A stretch of 64,000 nt of DNA from an uncultured bacterium (lineage in GTDB: Bacteria; Patescibacteriota; Minisyncoccia; UBA6257; 2-01-FULL-56-20): NCBI GenBank assembly GCA_963807165.1, contig CAWDZM010000001.1, positions 353,521 to 417,520 of the forward strand, written 5' to 3'. The notes beneath the pieces are model-generated. The model searched no databases. It saw only the letters and a program-made list of their open reading frames with translations, and was not told the origin of the DNA. How positions within the stretch are numbered: the stretch's first letter is position 1; the number at the start of each line of letters is the position of its first letter. Positions 46,827 to 56,501 of this stretch are shown piece by piece. The translations under genes and the position numbers were made by a program.

Positions 46827-47297
46827 TTGCACGTAACCTCTGTCAGTAGGGGTGCAATCTGGTATATCGTCGACATGGATGCCCTAAGAAACGCTGACGA
46901 GTTGATGGCGCTGAATCACTTTGCCCACTATCAGACTGGGACGGTGGCGGGAATCGGCGGGACACTACCCGCGCTCCTGCGGTCGGAGATCTCTCTTTCT
47001 GCGAATTTTGGCCAAGGGATGGGTGTACGTATGAGCGGAAATACCGTTCAAATCGGCGATGCAACGCTCGTGTTACGGGTGAAGACAAACGATGGAATAT
47101 ATACCATCCAAGCGCTTGGAAGCGACGGGAAAGAACGACGGCAGTCAATCGTCGGCCTTGCCTCTGCCATCACCAACGGCACCAAGGTCAGCTTCCCTGT
47201 CGATCTCCACATCTTCAAGCAATCGGAGCCAAATCCAATTTTTTCTTCGAGCAAAATCGGCCGTATGGACGCCGAAGATATCGAGGTATTGAATTAG
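46827..47297 (+). CDS. Hypothetical protein
   Basis: 156-aa ORF followed by a strong terminator. Confidence 0.4.
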   Translation: MHVTSVSRGAIWYIVDMDALRNADELMALNHFAHYQTGTVAGIGGTLPALLRSEISLSANFGQGMGVRMSGNTVQIGDATLVLRVKTNDGIYTIQALGSDGKERRQSIVGLASAITNGTKVSFPVDLHIFKQSEPNPIFSSSKIGRMDAEDIEVLN

Positions 47298-47313
47298 GAT
47301 CAGGCACAAGTCA

Positions 47314-47351
47314 AGGCACAAACAATTTTCAAACGTTTGTGCCTTTTTTTA
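47314..47351 (+). terminator. Rho-independent terminator
   Basis: AGGCACAAAC ... GTTTGTGCCT followed by TTTTTTT. Confidence 0.65.
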
Positions 47352-47386
47352 ATCTCCTTCCGCCAGAAGGCTCAAGTGATGTAACC

Positions 47387-48298
47387 CTACACCACGGCCC
47401 CGATAGCGATCGTCGCAAACAACGCCACCATAACGATAAGCGAAAGAAAGAACATCTGCCGCGCCCAGCGCTTGTTTGCAGTAACGGCATGGGGAGCGGC
47501 GCCATCGCCATCACCAGGCAAAAAATATCCACGCACGCCGAGTGCAAGCCATGCGATGCCCAACACGAGTGCGATCACAAGATAGACGGGGCCCGCGTAA
47601 CCGAACACAAAGAGTAAGCTAGCGGCGGCGATAAATTCGATGATGTAGATCAGCATACTGAATTTGGTGCGGCGGATGCCATAGCGAACGGGCATCACGG
47701 GGATTTTTGCGGCGGCGTAATCATCCTCGCGCCTAATGGCGATCGCAAAAAAGTGTGGCATCTGCCAGACGAGCATGATCACAAAAAGAATGAGCGCCGC
47801 CACATCGATCTGTCCGCGCGACGCGGCGTATCCCACGACCGGCGGCGTTGCGCCGGCGATCGCGCCAAGAAATGTGCCATACACCGTGCGGCGCTTTCCC
47901 CAGATGGTGTACGCGAAGACGTAGAAGATAAAACCGGTCAGCGCCGCAAGCGTCGCCTGAAGATTGGTGCAGAAAAATAATATAAGGAATCCCGCGGCGC
48001 CGATGACGTACGCAAAAATCAAGGCGTTGCGGACGGACACCGCTCCGTTGATGAGCGCGCGATCCTTCGTGCGATCCATTTTTATATCGATATCCCGGTC
48101 AATACAATTATTAAAGACACATCCCGACGCCATCACGAGCGCGATGCCAACGAGCGTGGCAACGAGCAGCCATAGGTTCACCGCCAGAACTCCACCCGCA
48201 CCCGCGAGCACCCGCGCGCCGAGCAAAAATCCCGCGATCACCGTGATGAGATTTCCAAAGACCAACCCCGACTTCGTAAGCTCGTAATAATATTTCAT
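47387..48298 (-). CDS. cyoE: Protoheme IX farnesyltransferase (heme O synthase)
   Basis: UbiA fold. CVFNNCIDRDIDIKMDRTKDRAL carries the NxxxDxxxD motif. 8-9 TM helices. Confidence 0.9.
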   Translation of the reverse strand: MKYYYELTKSGLVFGNLITVIAGFLLGARVLAGAGGVLAVNLWLLVATLVGIALVMASGCVFNNCIDRDIDIKMDRTKDRALINGAVSVRNALIFAYVIGAAGFLILFFCTNLQATLAALTGFIFYVFAYTIWGKRRTVYGTFLGAIAGATPPVVGYAASRGQIDVAALILFVIMLVWQMPHFFAIAIRREDDYAAAKIPVMPVRYGIRRTKFSMLIYIIEFIAAASLLFVFGYAGPVYLVIALVLGIAWLALGVRGYFLPGDGDGAAPHAVTANKRWARQMFFLSLIVMVALFATIAIGAVV

Positions 48299-48310
48299 CG
48301 CGCGATAGAA

Positions 48311-48670
48311 CTAAAATCCATCCTGGCTTTGAATGTACGCATTCATATCCGCCGGCGATGCCATCATGTTGTAGTTCAGGTGATCCATGATCCAGATAGA
48401 GCCGATGACAATGATAAGGATGATGCCCACGGTGCCGGCAAAAACGCCCAGCCTCCACCGCGGTCCGGACTCCCCCGCAAGGTGCATGAAGAAAATAAGT
48501 TGAACCAGAAGCTGGATGAGTGCGAGCGCGATCAGGATTCCAATGACGGTGATGCGGGAGATCATTCCATCTCCAAAATGGATATTCATCCACACAAGCC
48601 ATGCCGCAGAAAGCGTCAAAACAAGCGAGAGAACGAATCCGATGATATATGATCTAAGCGTTGCTTTCAT
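48311..48670 (-). CDS. cyoD: Heme-copper quinol oxidase subunit IV
   Basis: 119 aa, 3 TM helices, in the cyoABCD position. Confidence 0.75.
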   Translation of the reverse strand: MKATLRSYIIGFVLSLVLTLSAAWLVWMNIHFGDGMISRITVIGILIALALIQLLVQLIFFMHLAGESGPRWRLGVFAGTVGIILIIVIGSIWIMDHLNYNMMASPADMNAYIQSQDGF

Positions 48671-48671
48671 A

Positions 48672-49286
48672 TTATTTTATTATTCCCATAAGATAGACCG
48701 TTGTGAAGATAAATATCCAGACAATATCCAAGAAGTGCCAAAAGATGGTGAAGCGGTTGAGCTTTGACATCACCGCAGGCGTAAGGCCGCGGAGTTTGAG
48801 CTGAGCGATCGCAACGACGATCCAGAGCAGGCCTATGGAAATATGCAGACCGTGCGTACTCACGAGTGTAAAGAATGCCGAAAGGAACGCGCTCTTCTGC
48901 CAGCTCGCGCCCATTCCGACAAAGCGCGAAAATTCGCTAAGCTCGAGCGTGAGGAATGTTGCGCCAAGCACAAACGTGGCGGCAAGCCATGCGATCGTTT
49001 GATTCACTTTCCCCCGCTGGGCCGAGATCAACGCCAAGCCGCACGTAAAGCTGGAGGTAAGGAGCACGAGCGTGCTCGCGAGCGCCGTCGGCAAGCTGAA
49101 TAGATCATTGGATGAAGGTCCGCCGAATGTATTCGCCTTGAGAACAAAGTACACCGCGAAGAGCACGCCAAAGATCACAAGGTCGGTCATCAGATAGACC
49201 CAAAAACCAAACATGTGCCTGTCGGCGCGTGCGACTTCCGCAAGCGTCGCGTTTATATCATTTTGCTTCTTTATTATTTTTTCCAT
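48672..49286 (-). CDS. cyoC: Heme-copper quinol oxidase subunit III
   Basis: 5 TM helices. ...IFWHFLDIVWIFIFTTVYLMG at the C-terminus. Confidence 0.85.
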   Translation of the reverse strand: MEKIIKKQNDINATLAEVARADRHMFGFWVYLMTDLVIFGVLFAVYFVLKANTFGGPSSNDLFSLPTALASTLVLLTSSFTCGLALISAQRGKVNQTIAWLAATFVLGATFLTLELSEFSRFVGMGASWQKSAFLSAFFTLVSTHGLHISIGLLWIVVAIAQLKLRGLTPAVMSKLNRFTIFWHFLDIVWIFIFTTVYLMGIIK

Positions 49287-51257
49287 GCCAGTGTTTCCAT
49301 TTTTTCTATTTCTGCAGCGGGGATCACATACTCCGTATGTTCATCAAACGAACGGATGATGACGCACGCCACGCAGCCGATCACGCCAAGCGCCATCAGC
49401 CAGAAGATGTGCCACACCGCGCCGAACGAGAATAAAAAGAAAAATGCAGAAAGGTAAATAGCCATGCCGGTATTCTTTATTAATTCGATGTCCTCATATT
49501 CCGCAGACCCCGCCGGGCGCGGCCACTTCCCCGCCTTCTTCATTTCCCAAAATGCATCGCGGGAATCCACCTCCGGCGCTTTCGCAAAGTTATAGAATAG
49601 CACCGGCGATGACGTTGCCCACTCGAGCGTATGCCCATCCCACGGATCACCCGTCGTATCCATATTTTGATGCCGCTCGCGAACGCTCACAATCACCTGC
49701 CACACCTGCATGAGCACACCGGCAGCAATGATGCACACGCCGATCCCGGCAACGATAAAATACGGCTGATACCCCGTGGACGCAGCATAGTGATCAAGCC
49801 GGCGCGTCGCGCCCATGAACCCTAATATATAGAGTGGCACGAATGACATAAAGAATCCCACGATCCACAGCCAGAACGCGCGCCGCCCGATCCGCTCATT
49901 TAATGTGAATCCCATGATCTTTGGAAACCAATACGTAATGCCCGCAAAGATGCCAAAGAGCGCAGCGCTCACGATCATCGTGTGGAAATGCGCCACGAGG
50001 AATAGGCTGTTGTGCAATTCAAAGTCCGCACCGGGCAAACGAAAGCAAAACGCCCGCCATACCGCCGAACGTGAATAAGCTCACAAATCCCATAAAATAC
50101 ATCATCGGCGTGGAAAACCATATCCTTCCGCGGTACATCGTGGCGATCCAATTGAAGATCTGCACGGCGGTGGGGATCGCGATAACCCCCGTCATGATGC
50201 CAAAGAACGCATCCACGTCCGCACCGGCACCCATCGTAAAGAAGTGATGTAGCCATACAAGAAACGAGAGCAGAGTGATAGCGATCGCGGCGCACACCAT
50301 CGAAACATAGCCGAATATTTTTTTGCCGGAAAACGTGGCGACGACTTCGGAGAATATGCCGAACGCAGGGATCACAAGGATGTAGACCTCCGGATGGCCC
50401 CACATCCAGATCAGGTTCACATACAACATCGGATTCCCACCAAAACCGGAGGTAAAGAAGTGCATCCCAAAAAATCGATCAAGCCAGAGAAGGAGCGTCG
50501 TCGCAGTAAGCACGGGAAACGCGGCAACGACGAGTGCCATACTACAAAGCGAAGTCCACGTAAAAAGCGGCATCATCATGAGCTTCATCCCCTTCACCCG
50601 CATCTTTAATATAGTGACGATGAAGTTGATGCCGCCGAGCAGTGATCCGAGCCCGGAGATCTGCAAGCTCCATATCCAATAATCCACGCCGGTGCCGGGG
50701 CTGTATTGCAACTCCGAAAGCGGTGGGAGCGAGAGCCAGCCGGATGCGGCAAACTCGCCGCCGACCACAAAGAACATATTGATAAATATCGCGCCGGCGA
50801 CGTAAAGCCAGAACCCAAGCGAATTCAAAAATGGAAAGGCCAGGTCGCGCGATCCGATCTGCAAAGGCACGATCAAATTCATGAGGCCAAAGAAAAATCC
50901 CATCGTCACAAAGAACACCATGATGTCGCCATGCGCAGTGAAGATCTGCTGAAAGTGGCTCGCGTCAAGATATCCCTGCGAGTTGCCTGCCGAAAGCGCT
51001 TGCTGTAACCAGATCATCATCGCATCCAATCCCCCGCGGAAAAGCATGAGTGACGCCATGATGATATACATGATCCCGATCTTTTTCGGATCCGTGGAGG
51101 TGAACCAATCATTCCAAAGCCACTTCCATCGTTTGAAATACGTGACGACCCCGGCGGCAATAATGAGCATCACAAAGATGGCCACTGTTCCCCCGATGGT
51201 AAACCATTGATGCGGAAGGTCGCTCCATGTAAGATTGCCGATAAGAAAATGGATCAT
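49274..51257 (-). CDS. cyoB: Heme-copper quinol oxidase subunit I, split by a 1-nt frameshift near 50035-50045
   Basis: ORF 50019..51257 ends ...GGMAGVLLSFARCGL* and ORF 49274..50038 begins MPGADFELHNSLFLVAHFH. Removing one T from cgTTTg (plus-strand AAA at 50037-50039) gives ...GVLLSLPGADFELHNS..., matching the subunit I consensus. His ligands are present (WGHPEVY, HHFF). Confidence 0.85.
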
Positions 51258-51259
51258 TT

Positions 51260-52192
51260 TTACATTTGCATGCCCGGCATATCCGCAGGCATGGAGGAGG
51301 TCGGCGTTGGTGTTAGTGTTGAAGTCGAATATGATGATGGATTTGTCGACGACGACGCCATCGTGGTCGTCGCGCCCATCCCTGGAATCATATACTTCAT
51401 TAAAATCGTATCATACAACGCCGGGTCAACCGAGGAATAATAGATAGGCGCAACATATTCGCTCGGCGGCGCGAGCGTGGCATTATAGTCATCTATCGTC
51501 AGTGTGTTGGATGAATTCTTGACCGACGCGATCCACGCGTTGAAGTCACTTTGCGAAACCGATTTGGCGGTGAACGTCATCCCGGCATAGCCCGCGCCAT
51601 TGATCTCTGTATCTTTGCCAACATACTGCCCCGTGGAATTTGCTTCCAGGCTCAGCTGGGTCTGCATCGCGGCCATCGCGTAGATCTGACTGCCAAGCTC
51701 CGGGATCCAGAACGAGCTCATCGGCGCGTCGGCAGTCAGCGAGAAGTGCACCGGCGTAGCCACCGGAAACTCCAGAAAATTTACCGTCGCAATCCCCTGC
51801 GCCGGATAGATAAAGAGCCATTTCCACTGAAGCGCAACAACTTCAACGTTGAGCGGCGGGTTGGCAGACGCGATCGGCTTATACGGATCGAGGGCATGCG
51901 TGCTTTGCCAGTTTATTACCGCGATTACCACGATGAGCGTCGCCGGAATCGTCCACCAAAGCAGCTGACGCCAGATACCGCCCACATGCTCCGGATCGTA
52001 CTTTGCCTTTTTATTCCCCGCCCGATATTTCCACGCAAAGGTATACAGCAAAATGAGCATCGGGATGGCGATCAGAAGCATAAGAACAACCGCGAGAATG
52101 ATCAGATTCCGTTCCTGTAATGCTATCGGACCCTGTGGATCAAATACGCCTCCGGACATTTTTCTATTGTACCATGCGAAGAAATCCCCCAA
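51260..52192 (-). CDS. cyoA: Heme-copper quinol oxidase subunit II (no CuA cysteine motif, so quinol- rather than cytochrome c-oxidising)
   Basis: Two N-terminal TM helices and a cupredoxin-like domain (WKWLFIYP...SSFWIPELGSQIYAMAAM) without the CxxxC CuA ligands. An S/T/M-rich C-terminal tail. Confidence 0.85.
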   Translation of the reverse strand: MGDFFAWYNRKMSGGVFDPQGPIALQERNLIILAVVLMLLIAIPMLILLYTFAWKYRAGNKKAKYDPEHVGGIWRQLLWWTIPATLIVVIAVINWQSTHALDPYKPIASANPPLNVEVVALQWKWLFIYPAQGIATVNFLEFPVATPVHFSLTADAPMSSFWIPELGSQIYAMAAMQTQLSLEANSTGQYVGKDTEINGAGYAGMTFTAKSVSQSDFNAWIASVKNSSNTLTIDDYNATLAPPSEYVAPIYYSSVDPALYDTILMKYMIPGMGATTTMASSSTNPSSYSTSTLTPTPTSSMPADMPGMQM

Positions 52193-52226
52193 CGCAATAG
52201 AATTCCTTTGATGATATAATGGAAAT

Positions 52227-52454
52227 ATGTCCCATCATGAAATGCCGTCCATCGGAAAGGAGATGGAACGCCTCGAGGGAGAAAATCCGCGCGTGATATT
52301 ATCACGCCTTAAAGAAGAAAGACGGGAGATTGATGATCGGGATGGGCCGGATAAATTATCGCCGGACGAGAGAGTCCGGTTTATTCAATTAACAGAACAG
52401 ATCGAGGAGTTGGAAGATAGATTGCGCCCTCAGCATTTTAAAAAAGCTGCCTAA
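52227..52454 (+). CDS. Small hypothetical charged protein (75 aa)
   Basis: The ORF is divergent from cyoA. Confidence 0.3.
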   Translation: MSHHEMPSIGKEMERLEGENPRVILSRLKEERREIDDRDGPDKLSPDERVRFIQLTEQIEELEDRLRPQHFKKAA

Positions 52455-52532
52455 GTAAGGATCATCTTGCATTTTGAGTGTCAAAATCGTACACTTAATC
52501 CGTAATAAAAACATAAATCAGCAACACATCCC

Positions 52533-52649
52533 ATGGCAAAACGAGGAAGCTGGATCAACCGCCAGAAATCAAGTTCTAAAAAGACCAAGAAGCGCCTGGA
52601 AGCAAAGAAGGTCATGTTAGCGGCAAAGAAGAGCAAGCGCCGCAAATAA
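52533..52649 (+). CDS. 38-aa Lys/Arg-rich small protein with its own terminator
   Basis: MAKRGSWINRQKSSSKKTKKRLEAKKVMLAAKKSKRRK. It is followed by the terminator at 52652-52687. Confidence 0.35.
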   Translation: MAKRGSWINRQKSSSKKTKKRLEAKKVMLAAKKSKRRK

Positions 52650-52651
52650 AC

Positions 52652-52687
52652 AAAAATCCCGACCATCGTGCCGGGATTTTTGTTTGA
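52652..52687 (+). terminator. Rho-independent terminator
   Basis: ATCCCG-ACCATCGTGC-CGGGAT followed by TTTTGTTTG. Confidence 0.6.
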
Positions 52688-52689
52688 TA

Positions 52690-52722
52690 AAAAAAGCCCC
52701 CGGAATGCACACCGGAGGCTTG
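52690..52722 (-). terminator. Rho-independent terminator for the minus-strand gene 52740..53411
   Basis: Minus strand: AGCCTCCGG-TGTGCATT-CCGGGGGCT followed by TTTTTTT. Confidence 0.6.
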
Positions 52723-52739
52723 TTGCCCGAAGGAATAAA

Positions 52740-53411
52740 CTACTCCTCTAACACTTTGACGCGGAATCCCGACGCAATCGCCACATACCAATCCGATTGA
52801 TTGTCCTGGATGCCCTCGAGGACGAGTTGAGTTCGAGAATCGTTGAGAAGAAGACAGATCCGATGGGTCCGACCGAGATCAGGATACGTCTCATCGCAAC
52901 GCAATCGATAGTTCTTGAGCGGAGCAGGCCATTCCCTTTCTTCACCTCTCTCCTTTTTCACCATAGAAGAGAAATCGATCGCGGCATACGCCAACACCGC
53001 GATCGGGAGAACCTGTTCGCCTTCGGGAATTTCTGCTTTTTGCTTTTCGAAAATCCCCATTTTGTCCCGGGCGAAGGCTTGATGGTTGAGGTCAAAAGAC
53101 GAAAGCCCCTCAGAAAGGAACTTCGTTTTGTCATCGGCCAGAGAAACCTGAGTCGGCTTTTTATTGATCAGCCAACTCCCACCAGAAATCACCTGATCGT
53201 AGAACGGTTTCGGCCGCATGGCCTCGACGCTACGACGATCAAAGATGTAGCACTTCCTTTCCACGATACCCTGCAGTGAGATAGTGGGGATTTTGAAAAA
53301 CAGATGCGTTGTCCGGAAGGATACTAATTCTGCCGGAGTAATCCGCCGTACCGAAGGCGCGGCACTGGGGGAAATGATTGCACCAACACGAGAAAGATCA
53401 AGTGTTATCAT
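52740..53411 (-). CDS. Hypothetical protein
   Basis: 223 aa with no recognisable motif. Confidence 0.45.
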   Translation of the reverse strand: MITLDLSRVGAIISPSAAPSVRRITPAELVSFRTTHLFFKIPTISLQGIVERKCYIFDRRSVEAMRPKPFYDQVISGGSWLINKKPTQVSLADDKTKFLSEGLSSFDLNHQAFARDKMGIFEKQKAEIPEGEQVLPIAVLAYAAIDFSSMVKKERGEEREWPAPLKNYRLRCDETYPDLGRTHRICLLLNDSRTQLVLEGIQDNQSDWYVAIASGFRVKVLEE

Positions 53412-53519
53412 TATTTTCCTTTGAAAACGTGAGATACTAACTCTTTTATAGTTGGTATCCTATCCTTTGTCAATCTATAACGCTGCTATAAAAGCCTGAG
53501 ATTGCGGTATAATAGATAG

Positions 53520-54818
53520 ATGCGCAATAAATATAGGCTGTATATATTGACCTTCGCAGGGTGTGCGGGGCTTTGCGCCGCCCTCATTTTTGCTATAGGA
53601 GCGGGCATTATCGGCATCGCGCAGGCGCAAACCGCCACGACAGCAACTTCCACAGACACCACCACGAGCAGCAGCTCTCTACAGGCGGAGCTCGACGCCA
53701 ACAACCAGGAAATGGCGAGTCTGAACCAGCAGATCGCAACGTACCAGGCAGAACTGCAGCAGGTCGGTGCGAACAAAAAGACACTCCAGGCGGCGATCAA
53801 TGGGCTCGACCTTCAGCGCAGTAAGGTACAGACACAGATCTCACTCACCCAGTATCAGATAAAAAGCACCCAGATCCAGATCCAGCAGCTCGGCGGCGAG
53901 ATCGCGGACACACAGCAGTCGGTCACCTCGGACCAAACCGCACTCGCCGCATATATTCGTAGCCTCCAAAGGGCGGAGGCGAAGCCGCTCATTGTGCAGA
54001 TGCTTTCCTCCGGCGGACTCGTGCAATCATGGAGCGACCTGAACCAGACGCTCGAGATCCAAGGCGGCATCCAAAGCGAAATGCTGGCGCTCAAACAAGA
54101 AGAGGGCGCGCTCACAAACTCACAGACCGCATCGGAGCAAAAGCAAAGCACGCTGACGGCGCAACAGCAATCGCTCGCCACACAACAGCAATCGCTCGCG
54201 GCGACGGAACAATCAAAAAATCAACTCCTCACCGAAACCAATTCCCAAGAAGCGACGTATGAGAAATTACTCGCGGTGGCGACTGCGGAGTTAAATAGTT
54301 TCTCCGCATTCGCAGCGAACGCCGGCGGCACCAAGATTCTTGGTAATCAAACTATTTGTGACTCATGGGGTTGTTACTATAATCAGCGCGACGCGCTATG
54401 GGGTAGCTTGCCGCTCGACGGCACAAAATACACCATGGCCGCGGACGGATGTCTTGTAAGCGCCATGGCGATGGTGCTAACGCATTACGGATATAAAGAT
54501 GTGACACCGGAGACGATCAACGCAAACCCGAACGACTTTGCCGCATACTCCCCGGCATATCTTTTGACCACCATCAATGTTGACGGTGCGACCGCCACGC
54601 GCAAAACGACGGCCATCGATGCAACGCTCGCCACCGGCAACCCGGTGATCGTCGGTATCAATGCCTACGGCGGCACGCACTTTGTAGTGCTTGTAAGTGG
54701 GAGCAAGGGCAGCTACATCATGAAGGATCCGTATATCACGGATGGCAACAATATCAGCTTCTCCGCAAACTATTCCCTGAGAAGTATTTTTGCGATCTCA
54801 AAAGTCATCATCAGCTAG
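53520..54818 (+). CDS. PcsB-like secreted coiled-coil protein with a C-terminal C39-like/papain-like cysteine peptidase domain
   Basis: Signal peptide. A Q/T/L-rich coiled coil runs from about residue 50 to 260. CDSWGCYYNQRDALWG...ADGCLVSAMAMVLTHYGY...GGTHFVVLV carries a Cys...His peptidase_C39_2-like pattern. Confidence 0.7.
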   Translation: MRNKYRLYILTFAGCAGLCAALIFAIGAGIIGIAQAQTATTATSTDTTTSSSSLQAELDANNQEMASLNQQIATYQAELQQVGANKKTLQAAINGLDLQRSKVQTQISLTQYQIKSTQIQIQQLGGEIADTQQSVTSDQTALAAYIRSLQRAEAKPLIVQMLSSGGLVQSWSDLNQTLEIQGGIQSEMLALKQEEGALTNSQTASEQKQSTLTAQQQSLATQQQSLAATEQSKNQLLTETNSQEATYEKLLAVATAELNSFSAFAANAGGTKILGNQTICDSWGCYYNQRDALWGSLPLDGTKYTMAADGCLVSAMAMVLTHYGYKDVTPETINANPNDFAAYSPAYLLTTINVDGATATRKTTAIDATLATGNPVIVGINAYGGTHFVVLVSGSKGSYIMKDPYITDGNNISFSANYSLRSIFAISKVIIS

Positions 54819-54874
54819 CGGCGGCGGATAAAAAAAGAGGGTGGCTTTCGGCCACCCTCGCTACATTCCCATCC

Positions 54875-55204
54875 TCAACAATTGAGGTGTATCGGACAAA
54901 GTTTTACCGCTATCGTCATACGATACAGACGCACCCTTCCCAAAATCTCGTTAGGCAGTATGCTGTCTGTCTCAATCTTACCCGCTTTGAGTCCCTCCCT
55001 TGTAAGGGCATCGCACAATTTCCGTTCAAGATGCAACGGCGACGATGGTGGCTCGATCAAAAATGGACAGAGCTCCGTTGATCCGATGAGTTCCACAATC
55101 TCGGGATCCCCATATTTACTATTGAGGATCCATACGCCGCTTGGCATTCTCCGGTATTCAATCTTAAGAACCTTTTCATCTCGAAAACCATCGTGAGACA
55201 TCAT
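54875..55204 (-). CDS. Hypothetical protein
   Basis: Start ATGATG preceded by GGGGAGG. The overlapping plus-strand ORF was disfavoured by codon usage. Confidence 0.3.
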   Translation of the reverse strand: MMSHDGFRDEKVLKIEYRRMPSGVWILNSKYGDPEIVELIGSTELCPFLIEPPSSPLHLERKLCDALTREGLKAGKIETDSILPNEILGRVRLYRMTIAVKLCPIHLNC

Positions 55205-55635
55205 TGCCTCCCCTGCTCTCTTATTTTTATACCAAAAAACGCCGGAGGGCAAACGGGGGGAAAATGGCATATAATGAGCGGAGAGGTTTTTGCGATGACA
55301 CTCCCTAAAACGAAGGAAGAATGGGATGAATTTTCTCATGGGAGGGTGGTGAAAAGCTGCCCTCATGCCGGATGCAGGCGCGCACAATTCGTGAGGGCGG
55401 ATGAGCTCTGTATAAGATGCAAAAAACCGCTCAATGCTTTTCCGATATTGCATCACTCCCCACCTCCTCCCCCTCACTCGAGGGAAGCAGAAATGCAGCT
55501 CGCGTTGGGGGAGAGAAGACCCTTTGGATGAAACGGCAAGAAGCCTTCAGTAGCACCACCCAGCGCCCGCGCGGAACATCCGCCCGGGCGCTTTTTTTTA
55601 TCCCAAAGGTGTATAATAAAAAAAATCTCACGAAT

Positions 55636-56310
55636 ATGAGAATTCTCGTGGTCGAAGATCAAAAAGAAACGGCTGATACCTTAAAGCGCAAGCTCGAGGC
55701 GGAATGCTATGCCGTGGACGTGGAGCATGACGGCGAAAAAGGATTCTACAAAGCCCGCACGAACAACTACGACCTTATCCTTCTCGATAAAGGCTTGCCG
55801 GGAAAGAGCGGCGATGCAATCTGCGCCGAACTGCGCGAATACAAAATGGCCACGCCGATCCTGATCTTGAGCGCCGCGGCGGAGATCGAGGATAAAGTCG
55901 GACTGCTCAATTGCGGCGCGGACGACTATCTGACGAAGCCATACGCATGGAGCGAGCTCGCGGCGCGCGTGAAGGCGTTACTCCGACGTCCGGCACAGCG
56001 TGAAGGAAAAACGCTCTCCGTAAACGGTCTATCGCTCGACCGGGAAACATATTCATTCACCTTTAAGAAAAAGACGGAGTCGCTTACGCCGAAGGAATTT
56101 ATGCTATTGGAATATTTGATGAAAAATGCAGGGAGGGTTGTTTCGCGCGGAATGATCCTCGAGCACGTCTGGGATGACAGCGCAGATCAATTTTCAAAAA
56201 GCATCGAAACACATATCATGAACCTCCGCAAAAAGATTGACCCGCGAGATAAGGATGCTTTTATCCACGCAGTCCCCGGCCATGGCTATATCGTTGGCGG
56301 AAAGATTTAA
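55636..56310 (+). CDS. OmpR/PhoB-family response regulator
   Basis: MRILVVEDQ...DLILLD (receiver Asp)...winged-helix ...TLTPKEFMLLEYLM...HVW... Confidence 0.9.
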   Translation: MRILVVEDQKETADTLKRKLEAECYAVDVEHDGEKGFYKARTNNYDLILLDKGLPGKSGDAICAELREYKMATPILILSAAAEIEDKVGLLNCGADDYLTKPYAWSELAARVKALLRRPAQREGKTLSVNGLSLDRETYSFTFKKKTESLTPKEFMLLEYLMKNAGRVVSRGMILEHVWDDSADQFSKSIETHIMNLRKKIDPRDKDAFIHAVPGHGYIVGGKI

Positions 56311-56391
56311 TTTCTATTTAATAAGTATTTAATATGGTCTGAGTATAATGTGTGGGAAAGGTCGAAAAAATTTTGAATCCTACACACCATC

Positions 56392-56496
56392 ATGAGCAAA
56401 TTATTGGAAAAAATTCTAACCGACCGAACGGCACGCGAGCCGGAGGAGACCGAGACGCTTGCCGCGGCGCAAGATGAATTTGAGATCTGGGACTGA
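56392..56496 (+). CDS. 34-aa acidic micro-ORF between the response regulator and kinase genes
   Basis: MSKLLEKILTDRTAREPEETETLAAAQDEFEIWD. Its stop lies 5 nt before the kinase ATG. Confidence 0.2.
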   Translation: MSKLLEKILTDRTAREPEETETLAAAQDEFEIWD

Positions 56497-56501
56497 AGAC
56501 T

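Noticed and set aside
55193-55531. Plus-strand ORF with zinc-ribbon-like CPHAGC...CIRC
   Set aside because: It overlaps the minus-strand ORF 54875..55204 and is rich in AGG/AGA arginine codons, which are rare in confidently coding genes here. The minus-strand ORF has a GGGGAGG Shine-Dalgarno sequence, so the plus-strand ORF was not called. Neither is well supported.
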